Positions 52,800-64,000 of a stretch of DNA of 64,000 bases are shown in pieces. Positions within the stretch are counted from its first letter, which is position 1, and every line of letters starts with the position of its first letter. The stretch comes from Raillietiella orientalis (Eukaryota), in contig JAYWIR010000009.1 of NCBI GenBank assembly GCA_036172245.1, forward strand, positions 2,604,001 through 2,668,000, in the 5' to 3' direction. Below the pieces are notes generated by a model. That model had not been told where the DNA came from. It ran no database searches and worked only from the letters and a program-made list of their open reading frames with translations. Both the position numbers and the translations under genes were made by a program.

Positions 52800-54151
52800 T
52801 GTGACCTTCCGGAAACAGAGGATTCAATACCAAAGGGAGACAGGACTAAGGGAACCTCGGACAGCCATTCCCTAAGAGCCGGTGTTTTCCTCACCACAGC
52901 AGTGCTTTTGCTGCCTCCGTTCCAAAGTTTTTGATGGAAAAATCCATTCCTGGAATACCACACTTCCACCTCCACCTCATCGTGGAAGAGGCGGCAAGCA
53001 GGCAAGTGTCCAGCAGGACCAGCGTGGAGCGGCATTCGAAAAGCAGTCGCACAGGAAAACACTATCGGGGACGCTGCTTTTGTCACGCAAGTCATCAAGA
53101 AGGTGATCTCCGGTCTGCTCAGGATTCGACGAAAAGCAACGTCCAGAGATGAAACACCTGGATCCAGGGGGAGAACATTGTCCTGCATCGAAGCGGCGCA
53201 GTTCTTCAAGGCAATTTCTATTCACCGGAGAACACCGTCGACTCGGAGTTGCTGCACGGATCGGCGTGTTGCCTGTGCTACCAACGATCACTCGGGACGA
53301 GGCCTACTCCATGATGCAGGACGTGATGAAGTTGTCGACCCTGGCCGCCACACCCCTCGCCTCAGCGCTGTCTGCCCTCAAGGCAAGAGATGACAACAGA
53401 CGACTGGCGAGGGGAGAGTTTTCCCGAACAATCACGGGAAAAAACAGACATCCCGGCGTCTGGAAGTTGGGCGAGCTGGAGGATGCTGGCACTCTGCGTG
53501 CTTTTGGCACTCCGCCTTCTGCTTTGGCGAAGGGACTCTTTCGATGGAGCGAACTATTCTGACTGTTGCCTCAGAAGAACTTGTGGTCCTTCCTTATTGT
53601 GTGGACAGTTCGTTGTTCCCTCTCGCCTGCAAGCAGGCTGTACTGCTCTTCATCCACTGGGTATTCCAATGTAACGAGTGACGGCATCGAGTTTCCCGAG
53701 GGGTTGCATCCCCGAACTGCGCCAGGTGCGGGTCGACGGAGTCGATCCCGTCGCACCTGCTTTTGGACTGAGGTGCCATCCGAGAACTGTGGTGGAGGCT
53801 GGCTTCGGCATTCCAGCACCAGGGGTGCACCGCTCGAGATGTGCTGCGATGGTTCCTCGCTCCGGCAGGACGCTCGACTTGAGCGGTGGTCGCAACCACG
53901 GGGTTGCATCCGTGCCATTGTCACGACCCGTCATGAGCTGGAGACGGCCACGCAACAAAGGGAGGTCATTAGGATGGCAGCTGACTGCATGAAGACGGAT
54001 GCAAGGTGACCTCACCTGGAAGAAGAATACAAGGAGGAGATTGCCGTCATCCAGCGCCGGTTTGAGGATAGCTAGGAACGACGGACACCGGTGACCCTTG
54101 TCCCCTGACTCCCTTCATTGTTGTTCGCATGCCCTATCCTCAAGTTAAGTA
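52800..54151 (+). mobile_element. L1/Tx1-like ORF2 post-RT region to 3' end
   Basis: LFIHWVFQCNE*RHRVSRGVASPNCARCGSTESIPSHLLLD*...EEIAVIQRRFEDS*. The 3' ~600 bp match the reverse complement of 16391-16990. Confidence 0.8.
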
Positions 54152-54609
54152 GCGAAAGCTGTTCCGGGAAGCCCACCATGTGCTGGAGTCTCGGGCTCAG
54201 CAGAGGCAGGTCATCTGCACAAAGGCCTCCTTCACAAGAACGGCTAGTAGGTGGCCTCTCCTGAAAGACGGAGTGAAGACCAAGATGAGCCGTTGCTGAT
54301 CCAGAAGGAACGTCCAATGCCAAAGACCCCTGTATCCTTCCTTGCGTTCCCTTTATTTGCTCATTCATTGCCCCTTCCCTTCCGCTCCGTGCCCCCCCAG
54401 CAACCGACCTGCGTTCCAGCGAACGCTCCCTTTCAACTTCATTTTTTTGTTTCTGTTTCGGGAACTTCGCTCCCTGAGTGTTTGTTTATTTCCTTTAAAG
54501 GAACTCCCCAGCGTGACCCGGTGAAACACTTCCGGGAAAAGGTTCAACTTGCAACCAAATGCAGCACTCCAGGACGAAGAGAATTCAGTCATACCGCGTG
54601 TCCACTATG

Positions 54610-54960
54610 AGTATCATGAAAAATAAATATATATGTGCTTTTGATATATACTCACATAGAGACTAATATATGAATTGTCATATATATAATGAAGATTATG
54701 GAAAATAAACAGATATTCATATATGTATAAACACATATAATCAGCATGTTTGTTTATTTTTTTTAATCTTTAATACATATTACAACAACTTATTAATTTT
54801 GTTAATAAACTGTATGCCACTGAAGCTTAGCAAATGTATCTGTTCCAATAATATATCACTGTTAGTAATATGTTTCTTAATAAATAGGAATAAATTTATG
54901 GTCATCCATGTAAATGAGCTGTCTATGCATGAGCGTATTAAACTATGTGAACAAGCACAC
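54610..54960. other. AT-rich low-complexity island
   Basis: Abrupt switch to a strongly A/T-dominated sequence with TATA runs. Confidence 0.8.
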
Positions 54961-57900
54961 GTGTTCATTCTTCATCATCGTTCAGGGTGCTGAACTGAGC
55001 CAGGACTAAAAGATCGCAGCTTCCCCATAAGAGTGATTTCATGATAGCAGCCTGATGTCTGCAACCCCTTTCCTTACATGAAATCTTTCTGTTGCTGAAA
55101 CGCGAAGTAAAGTCGGCCTTGCAGGGGTCCAAAGAGACACACCATTTGAGGCCCGAAGACCTCTTCCTTTTCCCAAAGTGTTCCCTCTTTGGAGAAGAGG
55201 AGCGTGCGAGAGAAACCACTCCAGGAGGGAGTGCTTGTAGGAGATGTCGCAGTTGTGCTGCTCGTCGGGGTGAAGCCAATCCTTGGAACTCTCTGCATGC
55301 TTCCGGGAAGCTGCGATGCTTCCGAAACTGGAATTTCAGGAGCCCTCTTCCCACCAGAGTGCATGTTGACGTTTGCGGCTGGTGTCTGATATCCCTACCA
55401 CAGAGGCGGCCATGCTCCAGACGTTGAGCAATTGCGAAAGACTGGACATTTATGTGGACAGACTCGCAATTCATTCCTGCTTCTTCGTGCACATTAAGAT
55501 GGGGAACAGCTCGTAAGAGCAGAGCGGGACCCAGAGTCCACTTTCGGGTGCTTTAGAGCTACCTCAATGAAGATTCGATATGCTCCGAGGGAAATGCGTG
55601 GGTGCACTCAATGCCATCATCTGGATGCAATGTGGCAGTCCCCGTTGATCTGTTAGAATCACTGCGAATGACTGAACACGTTCCTCATTACTATCACTAT
55701 TACGTGGATCACAGTTCACCATCGCTATGGATTTTCATGGTCAGTATTTTCTCGCTAAACTTTCGGATCTGTGCTACAAGTCCTCTTCGGTCTCTTCAGC
55801 CCCACTAAGCTGTGCGAGTGACAAAGACAAAGACAGGCGTCTCCTTTGACACCCGTCTTTGCTGATCACTTGGCTCCAGTGTCATATTCTAGAATGTGAT
55901 TTAAGGTTGAGATTCAGGTGTGAAGGGGATAAAGTCTGTCTGCAGAAAAGGGGAAAACGTTTGCTCCCATTGCCATGCACGAGCGTTCCTTCTGATCAAG
56001 AAGTGGCTGGTTTTTCGAACGCGGTTGGCATATCCAGCAACCTCTTTTGCGCGGTGCCCTATGAAACGGAAGACAAATCCAAACGAGAAACGAATACAAA
56101 GTCGAAACACGGAGGATTTTTTTGCGGTCCCGAATTCCTGATTCAAAACTAGAAGAACTTCTTTGTTTCTAGTATCTGTCACTTGGTTTGCTGCATGTTT
56201 GCTCCAAGAGGCCAGTCATCCTGCCGCAACCGGCTAACCACTCCAGGTGAAGAGGTTTTCTGGGACCGTGCTCCCTTCGATTAATGAGGGATGGGAGAAT
56301 TTTTCTTCCACCTCAGCCCCCTTTGAATCCCTGAGAAAACCTGGCGCATCCGCAGAAGCAGCCTTTCCCATTTGTCTTTCTCTGCCTTTCCCTTAATTTC
56401 TCATGATGGGCGCGTTTCTTGGCTACCTACTTCTAACCAAATTCCTCGCCGGGGGTCCACGCTTCTCCGTCAATAAATTCTGCTAACCTTTTGGCCGGTT
56501 TCGTCGGAGCGCAGTTCAGCCACCGGCGTTCTGATCTTATCTCCTACCAAACAGATCCCCTTCTTGCTGCCTCCTCCGTGCAGCCGGATCTTTGGGGCAG
56601 CGAATCGTCTAGGCGGTCACCAGAGAGATGAGTCAACATCATCGAATATCACTGGAATAAAGCTGTATCCTTGTGAAATTTTCTTCCCTTTTCCTCCAGT
56701 GCTCCATCTGCATTGGCAGGTCCTTTTTCGACAGCATAGAGAATGAGATGAGGTCGCCCATGAGATTGCGGAACGTTCCAGAAGCTGTGTTCGCACACTC
56801 TTGCAGTCATCGCATGATGACGGAATGTGGTTACCGTGGTTGCCTTGCTGCGGCAGCGCGCATCGCTAGGCTTCCAAGGACTGCGCGTCGCTGTTCTGCG
56901 TCACCTGCGAATCATTCGGCTCCACTCGAAGTTCCCTCGACGATCCATCGACGTTCTCAGATTTGCCGAGGTGTCTTCCGGTTCCCACAGTCCCATTCGA
57001 TAGAGTTCATTTTCCCCAGTTCCGACAAGCGGTGGGGTGAATTTGTTGACCAAACAATTCACCTACATCTCAACCCTTTACAAACAAAACTCATTCACTT
57101 GTGGTTTTTGCCTGTGGCAACACTTGAGGCACTTCACCTTTCACTGATGGTTTCTCGTCTTTGTCCTTTTATCCATTGGATGAAGGTAGTTGTTGCTCCT
57201 GCACTCCTGGGAGGGGATCTTCCCCCAGCTGCGAGTTTCTATTTGCTTGAAATGGTCCACAAGGAGGAGGCGGTCGGAGGTCACAGGGCATTCTTGATTC
57301 TTCTTTTTCTGCCTGAGAGAAGTCCACCGTTTGTTCCCAGCAGATTTTTCTCCTCCGATGTCGCTTTCCGACTCGGCCAAGTCTGTGAATTCTTTTTCCT
57401 GCTGAGTCGGACACGCAGCCCTCGCTCGTTTCCTCGCCACAGGCGGGTTTCGTTTTTCCGCCTCGTTCACCGCTCCTTGCCGTCTCAATGAGCTCCTTTT
57501 CGTCTGCTTTTGTGCAGCGGTGCCCCTCCTCCAGAGTGGGAACAAGCAGCAGAAGATTCTCTTCCTGTTTCTCGGTGATGCTGCACGGACGCATCGCTTC
57601 CGGAACTGCTCGTGCCCCGTAGGCTTCTGCATCTCTCCCACGGTGGAGCAGCTGCTGCCAGCTCTACTCGGGGAGGAAGAGGCTCTTTCAACTGCCAACA
57701 GCTTTTGCAGAGTTCATTCAGTATCCCATTTTTAAATGCTGCCCTGGTGTTGCCTTTCTTCTTCTCAGCCTCACCTGCTCTCAGAAATCCGCCAGGAGGA
57801 GGAGCATGTCCCTCTTTCCCGAAATGGCGAAACTTTCCCCGTTTCGATTTTCTTCCCATCGCCATGGCAAAGACCTTATCTTCTTCGCAGTCCCATCCGA

Positions 57901-58599
57901 TACCCACCGAACCTGTGCTTTTTTTCAGATCTGTCGGAACTTTGAAAACAACGAATTATTGAGGAAGCACAGGATTGCGTCCGTTTAATAAATTTTGGAC
58001 CTCCAGAATTTACAAGATTGCATAAATTTTTGACTGATTGCATCTCCTCGTTCTGAATACTAGGCAAAGGGTTTCCTCTTCCAGCATCCGTTTCGAAAAT
58101 AGCTCTTTCATCAGAAACTTCTGCCGTTTGCAGGAGACGGGAGACAGGAATAGATCAACGCGTTCCTACGGACTTCAGGTCACCTCGCAACGCATGCATT
58201 CGACCCTGACAACAAGAGAACTTTATGATATGAGATACCACGGGGTTAACTGGGAACCGAGAAGGGTGACCACCACATTTTCAGAAGCTCTGGAGGCAAG
58301 GCGACCGCTTTCCACTAAATTAAGAGCCCTTGGAACAACTTTCCTGCCTTGTACCGTCTCACAAACCCGTCCGGGGTGGTCATATTTTCCCAAGGCAGCA
58401 GCATTCCTACCGAGAAATTTCGGTCCCTTCGAATGCCGACATCCTGCGGCATTCCGTTCCACAGATCGTGGGGTGAATTCGCTCCCCTCCCCTGAAAAAC
58501 AAAAAAAATGGGCGTGGACCGTCTGCCATGTTTCTGAGCTCGCATCTGGCAAGCGGCTCCTGCAAATCCACCGGACAAATCGCAGCCTCCTTAATCACT

Positions 58600-59170
58600 T
58601 GGAAGAAAAAAAAAACAGACTCTTTTGTCGCATCATCTTCCTAGCCCGTGAGCACGTGCGGCGTATGCTGGCAGCACTGATTCAGACGGTTGCAGCGCTT
58701 TCATTTCCGATTCAGGTCACGCTCATCTCCACTGGTGAGAAATTGTCTTCCTGTTCATCATCGACCTGATTTGAATTCTTCGGTGCTTGGGAAACCAGGC
58801 ATCAGCGAAGCCGAAGAGAGAGATCCATTCGTACCTAAGAGGGCGATTGAAACAAAGCCTTAGCAACGGGTACGCAGTGCATTCCCTGCACAACCGTATT
58901 TTGTTCGCCAAATTTGTTGCCAGAAGGCACCCAGTTGAGCATCGGGTATCTCACCGGAGAAAATTCCATGCTTCGCATCTCTGACAAGCATCGCGCGGAT
59001 TGGAAGAACGGATTGAGAAGCTTCGAGCATTCTCGGATCCGGTTAAATCGCCCAGTCGAAATCCATAAACCGAAATGCGACCGGAAGCAGTTCCAGAAGA
59101 TTCTTGAGCGCGTAGACACCTCATTGCGAACCTTGCAGCCAGGTTTTCGGCCGAAAATACCCACGAAATA
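58600..59170 (-). mobile_element. Decayed non-LTR RT core
   Basis: MDFDWA (about 59058), VVQGMHCVP (about 58885, roughly 58 codons later as expected) and ISLFGFADA (about 58805). Confidence 0.55.
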
Positions 59171-59179
59171 GGAGGATAG

Positions 59180-59900
59180 ACCTATATTTGCTCAAAGCAG
59201 ATACGGTCTCGGCGCATGGTACCAAACGTCGCGGGTTCGAATCTCTCCCGGGGAAGGATCGACTGAGAGAAATTGAAGGTGCAGTCGTGGGTTTCGAGTC
59301 CTCTCCGGGGAATGGCGCTGGTTGGCCTCTTCGGGTGAGACACCGGTGGAAACCGGAAACCCACGGATGCCGCCTTGACTACCGGGAATGAAAGTTGACC
59401 CTCCGGGATCTTACCAGGAATCAGGGTGTCCCTGGGTCCCGGGTTCCCTTCCAGCTGCGAAAACGGAGCCGTTCCCCTTCGTGCCATCTCGTTCGATTTC
59501 GTACCATGGAGCTCGTGGGTTGATGGCATCTCTCTGGAGTGTGAAGAAGAGAGCTGCTCCCTTAGGGGAGAGCCCTTCGGAGAAAATCCGGGAGTTTCCT
59601 TCAGAGGAGGAGGAAACACGGACCGGTGTTCCCTTGCGGGTTCCTTCTGGAGAAAAAATTCCAGGAGCGGCTATATTCGGGTATTCCCTCCGGAGGGAAC
59701 AAGGAAAAGAATCCCTTCGGGGTTTTCTTTGAAGACAACCAGGGCGAGGATTGTCCCCTCCGTGGTTCCCACCCCAGTGTAAGAGGACAGGGCTCCTTCC
59801 TCCGGACCCTTCCTGGATTCGCAGCCCGGAGCACCCCTATCTTGAAGATTCAAAGGAGTGGAAGGAACCTCTTGAAATGAGTCCTTCCCTTCACTTGCCA
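59180..59900 (-). repeat. Repeated P/S-rich 5' segment, copy 3
   Basis: Direct homology to 43200-43780 (e.g. CACCGGTGGAA[A/G]CCGGAAAC) and inverted homology to 52040-52760. Confidence 0.7.
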
Positions 59901-60599
59901 AGGATCGAAGTTTCTCCCAAGTGGTGCATTCGTGGATTATTCATCCTGGATACCTCGAGCGGTCATCGGTCAACTCCGCTCGTGTTCCCTGCCTAACGGA
60001 AAATGGCGTCGCTTCAGGTCTCTTACACCGTCCTGTGCAATGAATCCTACCCACCCTATTCGGGGGAGGGGGAAGAGGGGGAGAAGAAGAAAAAAAAGAC
60101 CTCGGCAAGCTCCGCAGGATATCCCGGAAATCAACCAAAATAATGCGATCCAAGCTGCTCCCAGCCGGCTTCCTCAATTTGAAGCCAGCCGTCTTGATGC
60201 TATCAGGGTAACTGCTGTTCTTCTGAGTCGAGCTCATCGGGCTGCAATAACACCGGGGCTTCATCCTTTGAATATCAATAACGGTTATATCTTTAATAAA
60301 GCAGATGCTAAGAGCGATGGAAAACCCTGCGAATGCCTGTAGGACAGCTTATTACAGCAGATATTATGCATTAAATGGGATTTACTCGATCCAAAAACTA
60401 TACAAATGACTTGCTGCTTCCGGGAACACGTCAACCGGAGTGAATTCTCAGCACATCAAAATGCATTGCCTTGAACGCCAGGGAATTTCCAGGTCTTTCA
60501 AAAACTTGGATTGGGTCGTTTGGCGTCACAATTTCGGGATCGCTCCACCCCGTGCCTTGATACCGCGCCATTATCACCTTCCGTTTCGTCATTTGGCTC

Positions 60600-61980
60600 C
60601 GGAAAGAACAAAGAATTCTATTTATTCTTGTAGACTCGTTGGATTAAACGAAATGAATTGGCTTTCCCCTTTTTCGGCACTCGAAATTCTCGCATAATTT
60701 ACCTTTGGAAACAAACTGTCGAATCCAGTGCCATTCCCCGACGTGAGCACCGAATAAAACAAGCGCCTCGGAAGGAAGGGGAATTTCCTGTGGCGCCGAC
60801 GCCGTGCAGTGGCGCTCGCGCGCGGACGGCTCCCGCCTGCTCTTCGAGGAAGGCCGAGCCGCCGAGGGCACGGAACGCGGACGACGGGGCGAAGTCAGCA
60901 GAGGAAGGGAGGCCCTCCGTTCGTCAGGGAGCTTCCAGAGCTCTCAGGAGCCACATGGAGAGCAGAGACAGCGCCACCTCTCTGCTCCTGCTGAAGGGAG
61001 CCATCAGTGACGTATCGAATTACGTCTGTCCCTATCAGGAGACGCTGAGGCAATGCTCTACCTCAGCTCGGGAGACGTGTGCCTCCAAAAAACATGAGGG
61101 GTTCGAGCCCTCTGGACACGGGCGGGACCCTACTGCTGCACACGACCTCGGTAGCCACGGCAGGCGCATCTCGTGGACAAGAGGTACCTACGGAATGGAG
61201 CGAACGCAATCAACACTACGAAGCGAGGATGATATCGTGGGCGCGCCATGGGGAACGTTTCCAGCAAATCCTGGATTCCCTCTCCACGTCGTGTGCCCAG
61301 GGCGAGTAGCGAGTTCCTGGAGCTGGAAAGCAGTTCAAAGCCCTCCGTCTTCTGCTAAGAGCTCGCACGTCAGAGCTGAGCGGTTTCTCGAGCAGGGTGG
61401 TTGTCCACGGTCCCTGTCTCGGAAATCTTCCCTCAGCGAGCTCCGAATTCCGGCTCCTGGAGCGACGAGTGCAAACCGCCTCACCACCACCACCCCCTTC
61501 TCCATAAGTCATAAGGGGGAATGATTCCCACCAAACTGTTCAGTACCACAGTCCCTGTTCTGAGATGCAGCAAAACACGCACTTCCTCACCTTTCGAAAG
61601 GAGAGGGCGGTTTGCAAGAAACGAGAAATCTGGCGTTGCCGCGGCCCAATCTGAATTTCCGATAGCCATGGTGACAGCATCCGTCGCACCAGCTGGGCAG
61701 CCAGCGTAGGGAGCTTCGTGGAATCTTTCCCGTTCTCCGGAGAGTCCCAGCGCAGACACGGTTGCCTTGGTCACTTCCGGGTGTCCTTTTCCAGGAGGCA
61801 AAGTTCTTTCCTCTCACGGGCGCGCACCCCTTACCGTAAAACCTCGTAATCAAGAAGGATGGCGCACGGGAAGAGTACGCAAACTGAAGATCGGTTGCTA
61901 GGAAGCTTTCCGCGGAGGCCATAGGGAAACCCCAATTCACAGCATGAGAGGCACTACCGTGCTGAAAGGAGTGGGACTTT
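60600..61980 (-). mobile_element. Decayed L1-like ORF2 (RT 3' half to knuckle)
   Basis: ELGFP, TRFYGKGCAP (RGxRQGCP-like), AGATDAVT, RALSRRRRAL, RICWK, PVSRGL and SKGKLCENFECRKRGKPIHF, in the expected order. Confidence 0.55.
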
Positions 61981-62999
61981 TCCGAAGTAATTCGCGTCCT
62001 TCTGCTTCACATGTCATGTGATTCATACGTAATTACTGCTCTCCAGCTTCGCGTATGTGAAGGAGCGGAACATCTGAAAGGCACACAGGAACAAGTCTTT
62101 GATTAATGGAGGTGTTTCTAGCGATCCATGCAAATTAGCATGCACGAGTGTTCTCTTGACGGACGAAACTGAGCTGCCTCTTTGATTATGATGGAGACTA
62201 ATCATAGTGATTACAGGGGCAATCAGAATAAACGACTTTTTCCTTCTAAATTCGTTCCTCAATGGCCATTTGGAACTCTTGTTTTCTAAATGACCCTCAG
62301 GGATTTTTCACTCAAGTGATTTCGTTTACCAGATGCCACTCCGTGTTCACAGAAAGGCGCTTTTTATTTCTATCGATCCGTCCACATTGGCACTCTTTTC
62401 TTCCGAGGAGAGGAAAGAAAAAAAACACACACACACACACAATTTACGTGGCATTTCTTCCCCAGAATGCCCTCGTCCTTTGGTTTGATGCCTTCCTCTA
62501 CATGACCTATCGTTACATCCGAGGTTACCATGCGAGCGAGCCGTTCGTTTCACCACAGCGTTCGGCATAAGAGGAAACTCCGTCATCATTTTTATGAGGT
62601 TTGACAACGGAACACGAACGGCAAGGGAGGCAGCCACGAAAGACGTGATGCTCTGAGAAGCTTCCAGACGTGTGGGACAGAGAGGAACGCAAACTGACCA
62701 GAGGGTGGTCCACCTTTGCTCGTTCTGTGCTCACTCTGAGATGAACTTTTAAGTTTTCTGGATGCTGATGACGGGGCCCCGACTGAAAACCGGTAGGTGG
62801 AATTTCATTTTACTGCATCCAATAAGTGCTGGAAGACACTATCCCGTCATCTGGTCCAAAGATGTCTGGCCTTTGCCTATCACGTCCGATGACCCAAGAC
62901 GTGTCCCTCGTAAACATCCTGGCTATGGCGGATATTGGCGCAAATCATCTTGACGTATTCCCGTCTGTCTGTAAGTGAGGGATCCCAAGTTTCCGGAAA

Positions 63000-63460
63000 A
63001 TTCCGCCGTCATTAGGATCCCAGGCGCTGCCAGAGATCCCACCACTGGAGCACTTACAGAGGCCATTACTCCTTTGTCAGCAGGGACAGTTTCTTCTTTT
63101 CTTTTCGCTTCCAGCGCTGGCGTTGAGTGCTCACCAGAGCGAGCGAAATTGAACGTGATGACTGGACTCTGTCCCTCTGAAGTACCAGGTCACGTAGGAG
63201 TTTCGCTCTGATTTTCACGATTGCCTGTCTCGAGGCTACAAGCTCCCATCTTCCTTGTGTTGACTTTTTGATGGGATCAACCAGATGGTCGCCTGAAGTT
63301 GGAATTTCTTACTCGTCCAAGACTCCTTTCATGTCGAGCAGATTCTGCATCTTCGGTCGCCGCCTCTTCTTGCGGGCTCCTTCCTCACGGACAGCGGACT
63401 GACCCAAGCAGCCCGTGTGCGGAACAGTGATCGGTGAACCACGGGTAATCCACGGTATCC
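63000..63460 (-). mobile_element. RLE-type (R2/NeSL-like) C-terminus: zinc knuckle and restriction-like endonuclease
   Basis: GDRRCRICST*KES, LLRDLVLQRD (PDLV-like), LEAKRKEE and VVGSL/AWDPN (VGxLGxWxxxN signature). Confidence 0.7.
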
Positions 63461-64000
63461 AAGAACTTCCTATCCTTTCTTTTTCATAACTTATCCAGTA
63501 AATGCTGATGTTCCATTCATGGTGCTTGAACGCCCGAGCTCATAGTGTCAACCAACAACTTTCCCCCGATGCAGATGCTTCTAGATGGAGTGCTGTAGTT
63601 TCCCAGCGGCGATGAGAGAAAGCCTTAGCAACAAATTCGCTGGCTCGTGTGTTTCCGGATTTGATTCCGGGCATGAATTTCCCGAGGCAGACACAATGAG
63701 TGCATTCTTTTTGCGAACATCCTATTCAGAATGTCCCTGGAGAACAACCTGATGGCCTAATCCGGATACGTTAGCTGCTCAAGACAGCACGATGGGGTCT
63801 GTATATGTTCGCAGCTCAAAACAGCAGGAGTTGGACCGGGTATGTTAGCAGCCCAAGGCAGCCAAAGGCTATTCATGGCTCTCTGCAATTTCTCGCTAAG
63901 GTAAGAAAACAGCAGCAGATCTTTCTGCTGCCATCTTCGCTCTGCCGATGGCCGGCTGTCTGCACGAGTGACTGCTTGTGAGGCGAACGGACCCTTCCAC

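Noticed and set aside
56673..57491. 272-aa + strand ORF
   Set aside because: No recognisable domain. Its composition suggests the reverse strand of a purine-rich decayed coding region.
58080..58660. AP-endonuclease-like motifs on the minus strand (HGLG...KR...LQE, RVDLFLS, SDERAI)
   Set aside because: They lie directly downstream of an RT core on the same strand, where post-RT sequence is expected. Catalytic residues are missing, so chance similarity cannot be excluded.
60658..61524. 288-aa + strand ORF
   Set aside because: Antisense shadow of a decayed minus-strand LINE ORF2, with no recognisable domain of its own.
63912..63931. GCAGCAGA-TCTT-TCTGCTGC hairpin as a terminator
   Set aside because: No U-tract, no upstream gene, and intrinsic terminators are not expected in this context.

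Overview
Eukaryotic, repeat-rich DNA. I could not recognise an intact protein-coding gene, rRNA, tRNA gene or CRISPR array. The long six-frame ORFs are mostly antisense or out-of-frame shadows of decayed elements. Reading across frameshifts and stops, the window holds about 20 decayed non-LTR retrotransposon fragments. Most are L1/Tx1-like ORF2 pieces (RT motifs, post-RT GGLG motif, C-terminal CX2CX7HX4C knuckle); three look like restriction-like-endonuclease (R2/NeSL-type) elements. They are interleaved with degraded F-box/LRR and ankyrin-repeat gene remnants. Main higher-order signals: (1) about 17 of 20 retroelement fragments lie on the minus strand, as in uni-strand piRNA-cluster-type loci; (2) a shared 5' segment is joined three times to different internal points of ORF2; (3) nested long inverted copies; (4) a degenerate (TTAGG)n patch hinting at an arthropod host; (5) two local hairpin or micro-inversion structures. 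All calls come from manual motif reading, not database searches, and boundaries are approximate.
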